From Octopus bimaculoides (Eukaryota): DNA of 64,000 bases. Location of the stretch: assembly GCF_001194135.2 (NCBI RefSeq), contig NC_068998.1, forward strand, positions 40,235,911 to 40,299,910, read 5' to 3'. A program made the position numbers and the translations under genes. This document shows, piece after piece, positions 27,700-40,214 of this stretch. Numbering within the stretch: the stretch's first letter is position 1; every line of letters starts with the position of its first letter. The notes beneath the pieces are model-generated. The model ran no database searches. It had not been told where the DNA came from and saw nothing but the letters and a program-made list of their open reading frames with translations.

Positions 27700-28057
27700 T
27701 GGCATTAGGAAGGGCATCCAGCTGTAGAAACTCTGCCAGATCAGATTGGAGCCTGTTGCAACCATCTGGTTCGCCAGTCCTCAATCAAATCGTCCAACCC
27801 ATGCTAGCATGGAAAGCGGACGTNNNNNNNNNNNNNNNNNNNNNNNNNNNNNNNNNNNNNNNNNNCATCATCATCATCGTTTAATGCCCACTTTCCATGC
27901 TAGCATGGGTTGGACGATTTGACTGAAGACTGGCAAGCCAGAAGGCTGCACCAGGCTCCAATCTGATCTGGCAGAGTTTCTACAGCTGGATGCCCTTCCT
28001 AACGCCAACCACTCCGAGAGTGTAGTGGGTGCTTTTACGTGCCACCGGCACGAGGGC
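27700..28057. mobile_element. Two SINE family A copies tail-to-tail (inverted pair) around an N gap
   Basis: + copy 27700-27823 and - copy 27866-28057; they differ at several positions, so they are independent copies. Confidence 0.85.
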
Positions 28058-30042
28058 GTGTGTGTGTATGTATATCGTTTATCCTTTTATTTGAATCAGT
28101 GGATTCCATTTACTGTCTTTATTCAGAATTGTGAAGCTAAGAATAGGAATGAAGTGGAACCTCAGCCTTCAGTAACTAGTGTGTGCATGCATGTGCGCGC
28201 TCGTGTGTGTGTGTGTGTGCGTGCGTGTCTGTGTGTGTGTGTGTGTGTGTGATATGTGTATACACTATCATCATCATTATCATCATTTTAACTTCCACTT
28301 TTCTGTACTTGCATGAGTTAGACAATTTGTTGACGCAGATTTTCTACATTCAGATAGCCTCTTTGTTACCAACCTCCACCTGTTTTCCATGTAAAGTTAA
28401 TATTTCTTCATGAGCAAACATGTTTTCTCAGGTGTGTTTTCTGTTCATTCAAAATGAATGACATTGCTTGTATGACAGTGACACTTATTTACAGCTAGCA
28501 TGTGATATCAAGACAAGTACACACAAGCATACACACACTTACACTCACTCTCTCACACATACATATATACACACACATGCTAGTACATATATACAATGGG
28601 TTCTTTCAGTTTCCATTTATCAAATTTACTCAAAAGGTTTTCATTACCCTCTACCTATTGTAGAAGACACTTGCCCTATATATATATACACATACATACA
28701 TACATACATACATACATACATACATACATACATACACACACACATATATGTGTCCTGGTTTTCAAAAAGAATTAACCATGTTCCCTGAGCCCGATGATTG
28801 CCTGGAGGCACAATGTACATTATGTAAATCTGCTCAATTACAGTGTTTCCATGACAAGAAACTATTAGTAGCTCTTATTTTAATATTAATATTGTGTACG
28901 TTAAATATTACATGTGTGTATGTGTATAAATATACCAAATACACTCACAAGGATTGAGTCATTTTGGGGCAATAATAGAAGACACTTCCTTAAATAGTCA
29001 TGCAGTGAGATTGAACCTAAATCCATGTGGTTGTAAAGCAAACTTGTTAGTGACACAGCAATGCCTGCGCTTATATGGGTTCATATTGTTGAGGAGTGAA
29101 CAAGCCCTACCTTCCCAAATACAGAAAAAGGCACAAGCAGTATTTCGTCTGCCGTTACATTCTGAGTTCAAATTCCTTCGAGTCAACTTTCCCTTTCATC
29201 CTTTCAGGGTCGATTAAATAAGAACCAGTTTTGCACTGGGGTCGATGTAATAAACTTAATCCCTTTGTCTGTCCTTGTTTGTTCCCTATATGTTTATCCT
29301 CCCTCCCCCCCCCCCGCCCCCGTGGGCAATAAAAAAATAATTCCCTGCTAACTCGTCCTTCTGTCATCAGCACTGATTAAGTAAGCCTAGAAATTACTTT
29401 TGTTGGGGTTACTGTATCTTTAACTATATTTACCAATGTGTCCTTTTCTGTTTTTAAAATAGTAAAGTCTATTTTTTTAAAGATATTGCTGCTATTTCTA
29501 ATAGGTTGAGAGATGACATGGAGGTTCCCTGACCTAAAAATATTGGTAGCGATAAGTTTGTAAACTGGGCAAACAGGTATAAGTATCTGATATAATCATA
29601 TCATGGTTTCTAATTTAGCACAAAGCCAGCAATTTTGAGAGGATTACTTGATTACATCAACTTACTATTTGACTTGTACTTCATTTTATCAACTCAAAAA
29701 GGATGAAAGGCAAAGTTAACCTCAGTGGGATTTGAACTCAGGACATAAAGAACCAAAAGAAATACTGCAAGGCATTTTTTTCTGAACTTCTAATAATCAT
29801 ACCAATCCACCGCCCTGATTTGAATAGATAATAATAGTTGTAAGAGAAAGTGGCAATAAATGATTTTAATGACTGTGTGTTGGTAGGGTCTTGAAAATTC
29901 ACATAAATACTTGTAGCTATACATAGTTGAGGTGTTTTATAGTAAGATGTCTGATGTTATATCCCTTGAGTAGGTGTTTTATGACAAGACATCTGATGTT
30001 ATATCCTTAGGTAAAATTCTTAATTCATCTCAGATTTTCTTG

Positions 30043-30074
<32 letters not shown>

Positions 30075-30090
30075 ATATATATATCATCAG

Positions 30091-30121
<31 letters not shown>

Positions 30122-30429
30122 TCAGAAACTTAGAGACTCGCACACATACACACACAGTATATTAGATATTTTCTATTGTGACAACCATGTGTGTGAAATC
30201 TTTATAGTTTTATTGCCATCTATGTGATATACCAAATTTTAAAATTTGGACAGTGTTATAATAGATTATGTGATATACACAACTATATGATATTACTATA
30301 ATTTCATTGACAGCTGTGTAATATATTTCATAGCACAAATATCTGTACAATGTAGTTTATGGCATTCATAAGTATGTGATCTCTCTATATTTTTGTTTGG
30401 GGACTAGATTGATTATAAATCTTGCTTCA

Positions 30430-31210
30430 TATCTTACCATTCAGTATGATGCAAGGCATTTTGCTTGCTATCTATTATACACTAGTCAGTGGTATTCAGT
30501 TTCCAATATCAAACATACCATTCAGTATTGTATTAAAACTGCACTTTTCATTATAGTATACCATCAGTGGTATCCTGTTTATTTTTATATCATACCATTC
30601 ACTGGTAATCTTTTCTTATCTATATCATACTTTCGAGCGAGATCGTTGCCAGTGCCCCTGGACTGGCTCTTGTGCGGGTGGCACATAAAATACACCAATC
30701 TGAGTGTGGCCATTGCCAGTACCGCCTGACTGGCCTTCGTGCGGGTGGCACGTAAAAGCACCCACTACACTCTCAGAGTGGTTGGCGTTAGGAAGGGCAT
30801 CCAGCTGTAGAAACTCTGCCAAATCAGATTGGAGCCTGGTGTAGCCATCTGGTTTCACCAGTCCTCAGTCAAATCGTCCAACCCATGCTAGCATGGAAAG
30901 CGGACGTTAAACGACGATGATGATCATCATCATACCTTATCATTCAGTGGTGTTCTGTGTTTTCTATATCATACCATACCATTCAGTGATTTTTTTTTTC
31001 TTTTCTGTATCATGCAATGCCACTTAATGGTATTCTGTTGTTTTCTATATCATGCAATACCACTCAGTGGTATTTTGTTCTTTCTGTATCATACCATACC
31101 AGTCAGTGGTATTCTGTTTTTCCTATATCATAGGCTATACCATGTCATCCAGTGGTATCCTGATTCCTGTCTATACCATACCATTCAGTTTAATTATCTT
31201 TATCTACCAT
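30430..31210. repeat. Degenerate ~33-bp minisatellite (TATATCATACCATTCAGTGGTATTCTGTTTTTC), split by a family A SINE
   Basis: CATACCA..CAGTGGTAT recurs on both sides of the SINE. Confidence 0.8.
30629..30930 (+). mobile_element. SINE family A ((GAT)n tail; core GGCGTTAGGAAGGGCATCCAGCTGTAGAAACTCTGCC, possibly Meta/MESC-like), young copy
   Basis: High-identity copies elsewhere: 8570-8995(+), 16787-16953(-), 27700-27823(+), 27866-28057(-), 56562-56737(-), tail fragment 958-1015(+). All share CCAACCCATGCTAGCATGGAAAGCGGACGTTAAACGA(TGA)n. Confidence 0.9.
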
Positions 31211-31514
31211 ACCATGACATGCATTACTATTTGATTTACACTTATTTTCCTCCTTCTTTTCTGTTTGTTTTGGACAGGTCTTGGACCCTTTACAACACAT
31301 CTGACCAACGGTCAAATAGCTGACCCACTGAGCCATTCCAAACAATCCGTCACAATCACTGAAATGATGTCCACTGTGGAAATTACCAGTAACGAATGGT
31401 AAGCAGGCTATTTTGATGGTAAACACTCTGCAACTCACAACGTAGCTATAGCTAGGGCTCTAATCTTGAAGCTTTTGAACTGACATTGCATTCACTGAAC
31501 TATACATGCCTTAA

Positions 31515-31736
31515 CCCTTTCGATACCAACCCACCTGAGATGGACCCTGGTTCTGTGGTACAAAATCCCTGTTTTAAAATGATCTAAATTAAAAACCTCA
31601 ATCAGAATTTCTTGTTAATTTCTGTTCCTAATACCAGCTTAAAAATGACTAAGCTTTTTTACTAAATTCTTCATTATTTTCAAAATTAATTGAAATAAAG
31701 ACAGTACGTTTCAATAGAAATATGGTAATGAAAGGG
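31515..31736. mobile_element. piggyBac-type MITE (222 bp)
   Basis: TTAA on both sides; TIRs CCCTTTCGATACC / GGTAATGAAAGGG (11/13 match). Confidence 0.85.
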
Positions 31737-32965
31737 TTAAGTCTCATGCCTAATTACATAACTGGTATTTTAACTTAATAGCAGTGGAAGAGTAGAAACA
31801 GTTGCTCATTCTCTGACTCAATATCTTTAAATATTTAGCTTGATCCTTTTATGTTCTGTGTTCAGTGTTCAATGTTCTTGTGTTCAGATTTTACCTGATC
31901 TGTGATTTCTTTTGTTTCTCTAATGTTGGATAAACTAAACACCAAGCATGTATTGAGGGTGTTTTAGTTCGACTAGTCCCCTCTCCCACCACAACCCCAC
32001 CTCAACTAACCCCACTTAAATAGGGCAAAGGAACATTTCTAGCTTTGTATTTATGTAGGAAATCATTATGTTTAACCTATTTTTGCAGTGGGTATTGCCA
32101 TGGTACATTTGTAATTTGATAAAAATAAAAAAAGAAATAATTAAATAAATGCTGCCCGTGTCATAAAAATTGAGAAACTTGGAGAGACATGAAATAAATC
32201 ATTTTTAACAGTGGAACACAAAGCAGATAAAGCTATTTCTCATGCCATTAAGCTTTTAAAGATGCAAAATGAGAAGATAATTTGCTGAGAAGAGTACTGG
32301 CTACAACCATGTCACCTGTACATTGCAACTTAACTTTCATAAAAGTAAGCAAGATGTAAACAGACTCACAGACCCACCCACACACATGTGCATGCACACA
32401 CGCACACAGTGTATGCATACATACACTCACATATGTTTGTGTGTATTTTATATATCTATGTTTATATATATATGTGACTCTACTCTGTACTGTTTTCTCC
32501 CCACCTCCTTCTCTAATTTCCTTATTCTCTCCTTCACCGTTTTCTCTCTGTCTCTCTCTCTCTTTTTCTCTCTCTCGTTTACATGTGACTATTGTCCATC
32601 ATTCTTTTCCTCATGTGACCATTTTTCTTTTTCTCCAGGACGTCCAAAAGACTGGATGTCTTCTATCGCTCTCTTCTATCTTTTCTCTTTTCAAAGAAAA
32701 TACTTCTCCAGTGTTCACTATTTTACCCTTGTTCTGGTCTAACGACCCTCCATGTTTGTTTACATTCAGTTTCCTTGTATGTTTTCACTGTCCTATTTTT
32801 GTTCCCAACTTTGACCCTCCATAAATCCCAAAATTTTATTTTGGTATTTATGGGAGCAACTATCTTCGAAGACTCATACTGTTGTTGAATGCTCGAAATG
32901 AAGAGTAGATAGACGGCCGACAACTGATGAAGGGTCGTTCTTTGAGTAATAAAAAAAAAATTACA

Positions 32966-33299
32966 TCAGGTGTACTGTTGGCGAATTTTAGAAAGCATGG
33001 AAGTCCTGTAGGATGTAGTGTCCTGGCAGTTAACAACTGATGCAGGTAGTTTATTCGACGCTTCAGTAATTCTGAGCATGAAAAAATGTTTCCAAAAGTC
33101 ATGAATGCTATACAGTTTTCTGATTTTGTAAGTATGTCCATGAGCGTTAGACTTAGGGAATTTAAAAAGGTACTCAAAGTTGTTGTTGAAAAGATGGTTG
33201 ATAATTTTGTGGGTATCTACCAAAGCAGATGCCAGACCTTAATGCTATAATGTGTCCATGCCCAGTGATGCAAGACATTCAGAGTATGGTAGATGCCTG

Positions 33300-33356
<57 letters not shown>

Positions 33357-33415
33357 ATCTCCTGGAAACTGTTTAGAATCATGCAACCAGACAAATACCC
33401 ACCATCAGCAGAGAT
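32966..33415 (-). mobile_element. CR1-clade LINE ORF2 C-terminal fragment with an inverted 5' piece
   Basis: Minus strand: IRHLPYSECLASLGMDTL*..DTHKIIN..HGHTYKIRK..KHFFMLRITEASNKLPASVV. Plus strand 33354-33415: INLLETV*NHATRQIPTI, which normally precedes IRHLPY. Confidence 0.85.
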
Positions 33416-33987
33416 AATATCAGTGTGTTCACACAACGTACTTCGTGAGATACAAACATCCTCTCAATGACACCTTTCAACCTCTCGTCTCAACCTATAC
33501 GCTACTTTCTCTCAACAACATCCATATATTTAGTGCATTATGGTATTTGTTCCAACTCTTTGTGCTCTGAATTCCAACCCTACTGGGGTCAACTTTACCT
33601 TTCATCATTTCAGGGTCGAATGGTGAAATAGCAGTGCTATGAAAACATCATTCCAGATACCTCTGTGCAAGTAAATATCAATGTTACATTGAGTTTGAAC
33701 AGCAGAATAAATTATGTGGCTGTGAAAAAGAGAACTTTAGCGTTTTAGACAGAGCTTTCTATTAGAGACAAGTGGATTGTTTACGTAAAAACGTTTAATT
33801 TCTCTCCAAAGAATCCTGCCCTAAACATTCATTGTCTCCTACTCATGACAAAATAATTTATTCCACTTTACACACCTTTTGGATTCACTGTTTACCAAGG
33901 CAGACCGCCACTAGTTTCCTTTGATCCTGTTGTTTAACCTCAGTGTTACACTGAGTTGATGTTTCTTTTGATGATACATAATGTCTA

Positions 33988-34205
33988 GAGGGAGACTCCA
34001 CATGGTTGCTTGACTTATTAGAAATAGTATCTAAATCTTTTTCAAGTCAACAAACACATCTTTAAAAAATGGAAGAGACACATTAAACAATGTAATCTTA
34101 GATATGCTTAAAAAGACAGGGTGATTGGTCAAGGCTGGAATGTCTTTGATCATAGTTCTGCTTGATTAGGTTTGATGTAGGCTAAACAACAACAACAACA
34201 CCAAC
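33988..34205 (+). mobile_element. Old SINE-like family D ((CAA)n tail, no tRNA head recognised), representative copy
   Basis: Consensus head GAGGGARCCTCYACRTGGTYGCTCGACCTGCTAGAAATAGCAGCCAAATCTCCCTC; tail GGCTAAAC(AAC)n. About 17 copies: 1655-1720(-), 3655-3775(-), 3937-4030(+), 4045-4240(-), 7220-7260, 8139-8200, 9027-9245, 13150-13340(-), 20720-20940, 26200-26375, 29440-29530(-), 35130-35305(-), 48770-48930(-), 57310-57390(-), 57390-57600, 60440-60650, 60705-60870(-), 60950-61165(-). Confidence 0.75.
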
Positions 34206-34718
34206 AACAATAACACCACCACCAACAACAACAACAACAGCAACGCTGTACAACTATTGTAGAGATGATAATAGCCTGCAATTTAAGTCTGAAAGCAGGG
34301 TTTGATTCTTGTTTATAGCTGTTTCACTTTGTTCAGGGTGTTAATGCCATTGAAAAAGACTTGATCTTCTCGTAATCTCATTTCTCTTTCTGTATAACTT
34401 TATTGCCTTTAGCCTGCCAAAGAAATCAATATGAATTAGGGCATATTCAGTACTTATTCAAGTGTTATAATGGGGTCGTGGAAACAAGCAAATTAAATAA
34501 ATTAATGTAACCTCACCTGTAAATTATTGCTAAGAATTGTTCATGGCTAAGGATGGGTGTTGGGATGAGTGTATGGGTGTGAAATTGATGGGGCCAGCGT
34601 AGAAAGACAGTTGTGAGTAACAAGAAAAGGACAGAATAAAAGTATAGAAGAGAAAGTGAGAAAAGATAGAGAAAAACAGAGAGAGAGGAAAGAATGAAAG
34701 GGCTAGAAAGAGATGAGC

Positions 34719-35075
34719 TAAATATAGATATATTCTTTTCTACTGTAGGCACAAGGCCCGAAATTTTGGGGGAGGAGGCCAGTCGATTGGATCAACCCCA
34801 GTATGCACCTGGTACTTGATTTATTGACCCCTAAGGGGTGAAAGGCAAAGTCAACCTTGGCGGAATTTGAACTCAGAACATAAAGACATAAATATAGATA
34901 TATTCTTTCCTACTCTAGGCACAAGGCCTGAAACTTTGGGAGAAGGGGCCAGTCGATTAGATTGACCCCAGTATGCAACTGGTACTTAATTTATCAACCC
35001 CTAAGGGATGAAAGGCAAAGTCGACCTTGGCGAAATTTGAACTCAGAATGTAAAGACATAAATATAGACATATTC
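34719..35075 (-). repeat. 170-bp tandem duplication containing a truncated family B SINE
   Basis: TAAATATAGA(T/C)ATATTC recurs at 34719, 34889 and 35059; both units are truncated at the same point and share the variant CCCCTAAGGG. Confidence 0.9.
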
Positions 35076-35378
35076 ATAGACAAATAGATAGATGTATAAA
35101 TCAATAAAAAGACTGGCAGATACATTGCTGTTGTTGTTATTGTTCAGTCCAAAACCATGTCTATCCCGTCTTTTTTCAGTAATGGTGTACCCTTGGAGTA
35201 TTCCATTATGTAATTTGTCCTATTCTTTAGCATTCTGTTTCAGGAGATTTGGCTGCTGTTTCTAACAGGTCAGATGAACATGTAAAGGTTCCATCATTGG
35301 CTCATAGTAGATACGTTACCATGCTAGCATATAGATAGACATAGACATAGAATACAGACATTCAGATTGATAAAAGAA

Positions 35379-35429
<51 letters not shown>

Positions 35430-35971
35430 CATTAAAAAGTGTAGACTGTCAGACAGACAGATGCACGCAGAAACAGAGAAAAAGATTGTGTGTGTGTGTG
35501 TGTGTGTATTAGACAGGAATAGAAGAAGAGACATTGGTAACACATAAATAGACTGATAGGCAGAGTGTTTGTGCAGTACTTGATATCATGTGTGTATATG
35601 TGTCTATATACAAGTGTGAGTGCTTGCCAATGTTATGTGTCATTGCTCAATTCATATGACTAACATTGTGCAGCCAAAAGCAAAGTGCAGATGTAAATGC
35701 TGGTCATGGCTGCAGCAGATAATCTGTGTACACTGCACACATCACTACTGCTGTCCTGCCTCCTAGCATCATTTGAATGCCGATGTGTTTCAGTGTATGT
35801 GAACACACACACACACACACACACACACACGTATATTTACATGCAGACATGTATTCACACACATACATGCACGTGTGTGTGTGTTTATCTTTTATTTGTT
35901 ACATTCATTAGACTGTAGCCATGCTGGGGCACTGCTTTGAAGAATTTTATTTTAATGAACTTCAGTACTTT

Positions 35972-36008
<37 letters not shown>

Positions 36009-36188
36009 AAAGGCTCAGTGGTATTTCATCCGTCTTCATGTTCTGTGTTCAAATTCCGTTAAAATCAACTTTGCCTTTCATTTTTTTGGTGTCAATAAAA
36101 TAAGTATCAGTTGGACTCTTGGGTTGATGTAATCGACTTACACCCACCTCCGAAATTGTTGGCCTTGTGCCAAAATTTCAAACCATTA

Positions 36189-36562
36189 TTACCTCCGCCT
36201 TAGCAAAGGCAGAGGTATTGTTTTCAGTCGTGTTTGTTTGTTTGTTTGTCTGGGGACAAGATATTTCAAGAACCGCTGGATGGATTCGGATGAAACTTTC
36301 AGGGATGTTGTTTGACCTCGTGACTGGCACAAACTGATTAGACTTTGGGATTGATCTGGTACTGGATAAGGATTCTGGATTATTTTTCCAATTTTTTTTA
36401 CTTAATTTTTGAAAGCGGTCAGGTTCATTTTTAGTATCCTCGTTTGTGAGAGCAGTCGAGTTTATTTCAGATATTCTCATTTTAAAAATTCTCTCCAGCT
36501 AATCATTGAGAGGATGTTGGTGTTGCCTTGGCAGAGGTTTGCGCCCTCTGAGTGCTCTTGTT
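36189..36562 (+). mobile_element. Non-autonomous Helentron-associated element (HINE/DINE-1-like)
   Basis: 5' hairpin/subTIR ACCTCCGCCTT-agca-AAGGCAGAGGT, internal (GTTT)n, 3' subTIR CTTGGCAGAGGT then short palindrome GCGCCCTCTGAGTGC, inserted in a TT-rich site with no TSD. Confidence 0.75.
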
Positions 36563-37469
36563 ATTATCATTGTTATTATTATTGGTGAAGATTTGACTCA
36601 GGTTCGTTCTTATTCTTGGTAAAATTTATGCAGGTAGTGGGTTACTACCTAAGACCCTCTTGATAATCTTTCATATCCATAAGAGGTAAGCTTTCTGTAG
36701 AAGATCTATAGGACATTCTATTCTAATTTCCTTCAACCATTTGTGTACATCTTTACTTACAGTTCCCAATGCACCAATTATTACAGGCACAACCTTTATG
36801 GTTTTCATACTCCAAATTCTTGTACTTTTAAATTTTAAGAGATTGTATTTTTTTTATTCAACCCCTTTCTTTACGCTCCTGGAACCAAACAGACATGATG
36901 GATCAATTAGTAAGCAACTTCGCTTTTCCTTGTCTATTATGGTTACACCTGGTCCATTATTTTCTAGCATCTTTTCTGTTTAAATAGGAAAATCCCATAA
37001 AACTTTGCATTTCTCTAGCTCCAACACTCTTTCAGCCCAATCATACCATGTACCTCCAGCTTCAAATCTCCATTTCTAACAAAGCTTCCAGCATAAAACT
37101 TTCACAACTTAGTCATGCCTCCATTTCTTATAGTCGCCCTTTGCCAACTTGGGATATTCTGCAACAACGTGTGCCACTGTTTCATTCCAAATTCCACAAA
37201 CTACATTTTTCTGATATCTTTTCCCTATGCACATATTTTCTCAAGTTTGATCTTGATCTGCTATAATTTAAAACAATTTGATTCAGCCCCATGCAACTAT
37301 TATTATTATTAAGTTTTGTTGATTCCTAACAGAAATCTTGCTCATCAGGCTCAAGTGGCCAACTTGAGCCTGACAAGCTAGGTTTCTATAAGGAGCCTAT
37401 GAAACTTTAAGGTGCATAGGGCTGAATTGAACTGTTTCAAATATAATGTATGCAACTCTTACTAAACCA

Positions 37470-37655
37470 CTCCAATGGTTTATAGCATGGTTTAGGGTAA
37501 CTACATGGTGCATACTATAGTTAGGTTAACTACACGGTATATAGTGTGCTTAGGTTATCAACATAGTGGTTAGGTTAGCTAAATGGCCTACAGTGTAGAT
37601 AGGTTAACCACAGGATGTGTAGTGTAGTTACATTAGCTACTTGATCTATAATGTA
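37470..37655. repeat. Short array of the same ~30-bp minisatellite
   Basis: Same unit and orientation as 40215-40985. Confidence 0.8.
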
Positions 37656-38448
37656 ATCCCAGAACACCAATGCCTCGTGTGTAAATTTGCAAGATGGAAA
37701 CTGTGGAAGCTTGTTGCTTGGGTGTGTGTCTCCATGCCTTTGTATTTGTCTCTAGCCACTTGACAACCAGTGTTGGTATGTTTATGTACCTTAGCTGTTC
37801 AACAAATAGAAACTGATAAATTTAGTATTGGAATTGATTTGATTGGTAAAATCTTTCTAGATAGTGTCCCAGCATTGTTGCAGTTCAGTGAAACAAACCA
37901 ACCAATAAAAGAGTAAAACATGACCCCCCCACACACACACACACACATTTAAGCGTATATATATATATATATATACATTTCTATATAGATATATTGTTTG
38001 TATATGTATTATATATATTTATAGATTGATACATGAATGCACGAGTATGTATGTATGTATGTATGTATGTATGCAGATACATGTGCAACTACGACAGCCA
38101 TGCTCCAGTCTCTCCATTATTTTTCTTCATCTAACTGTTAAACATTTTCATTAATTCACTTTGCTTCATTTGCTCTATATTAATTACTATCCATTTATCA
38201 GAGGCACTGGGTGTATATAGAGAGAAGCATAGGGTTGATAGTGCATTGATTATTGGGTGTCAAGAAGGAGATGGGGAATATATATATAAAGGAAAGTAAG
38301 TGGACTTTATTTAAGCTGCATTTAGATCTTTGTTTTAGCTTCTAGTTTTACAGCTGCATTTCCTTTATTCTCTCTGTCTCTGCATCGCTCTCTCTATTTC
38401 TCTGTCTATCTGTCTGTCTATCTATTTATTTGTCTATCTTTCTATCTA

Positions 38449-38480
<32 letters not shown>

Positions 38481-38588
38481 TCTTTCCCCCTCCCAAAAAG
38501 AAAAGCTCTACATTGTATTTGTCCCATCTTTGTTGAGCCCTGTGTGGCTAATAAAAGAAATGTATCTATCTATCTATCTATCTATCTA

Positions 38589-38619
<31 letters not shown>

Positions 38620-38989
38620 GTCTGTCTATCTATCTATCTATCTATCTATTTATCTATCTATCTATTTATCTAGCTGTCTGTCTGTCTCTCTGTCTAGCTA
38701 GTTAGCTAGCTATTTATTTGTGTTTCTCTCTATCGGTCTTTTTTTTTCTTTTTTTTTATATATACTTCTCTGTATCAATACAGTTGGGTCTTACATATAG
38801 AGCTTCTTGAAAACTTCAATGAACTCAGACTATACACTTTCCCTAGCAGGAAAATCTAAAAACAACAAACTCCAATATGATCAATTGTTCAGAAGAGATT
38901 GGAATGGTTCAGGTCTTATTAAATATGATAATATAAATTACCTTTGCATGATTTAAGATACGAAACATTTTGTTGTGATATATATACAT

Positions 38990-39021
<32 letters not shown>

Positions 39022-40214
39022 GTTTCTCATTTGTTTCAGTCATTAGATTGTGACTATGCTGGGACACTGCTTTGAAAAATTTTTAGTCAATAAGCCTGAT
39101 ACTTATTGTATGGGTCACTTCTGCCAATCTACTAAGGTACAGGGACATAAACAAACTAACACTGGTAGTCAAGTAGTGGTTGGGGACAAATAAATACCAT
39201 AACACACACACACACACACACATACACACACATACATATATATATATGAAGTTTATTTGCCAATGTAATGTGGCAGTCCTATGCAGGACGATGTCACTGT
39301 TTTTTAGCCCTAGGAAAACATCTTTTCCAGCTGGCTACCAACACATGATCTATGTTTGTGCAAAAGTAGTAACATTGTCCTGTGTAGGACTGCCACATTA
39401 TGTTGGCAAATAGACTTTACTGTTCGGTACTGTTACTATACATTTCTTGCTCAGAGATTTAAAACTATATATATATGTGTGTATATTTATATATATACAT
39501 ATGTGTGTGTGTGTGTGTGTGTGTGTACATATATATATGTTGGGCTTCTTTCAGTTTCTTTCTACCAAATCCACTCACAAAGCTTTGGATGGCCTGAGGC
39601 TATAGTAGAAGACACTTTCCATATGTACCATGCAGTGCAACTGAACCTGCAACCATATGGTTGGGAAGCTAACTTCTTAGCACACAGCCATGCCTGCACC
39701 TATAAAAGATAATGTATGCCTGTAGAGGAACTTGAACCCTCAACCCCCAGATTATTCTTAGAATTAGTAGCATGTAATACTGGGTTAAAAAAATCCTGTG
39801 AGTAAAAAACGTTTACAGCCACGTATGTAACATCAACAGTATATATATATGTATATATATGCATGCAGATACATGCAAATTCATAATCTACTTAAATAGG
39901 CACACATGCAGCCATATGCATTTATGTGCATGTATGCAAAGCAACCTGTATGGACAAACTTTCATACATACATGCATGCTTACATGCACACATTCATATA
40001 CAAATACATGCCTACATATGCACACACACATTTAGAAATGCATGCCTATATGCACATGCATTTCTCCACTCTCTTTCATTTTCCATTATCTTCAAAGCCC
40101 CTTAACTAAGTTAATGTAGAGTCAAATATCTTCTGCTCAATATTATTAGAAATGTATCTCTGCCCTCATTTTAATTATGTTGTTAAGGCAACATCACTGC
40201 ATGTTTCCAGGACA

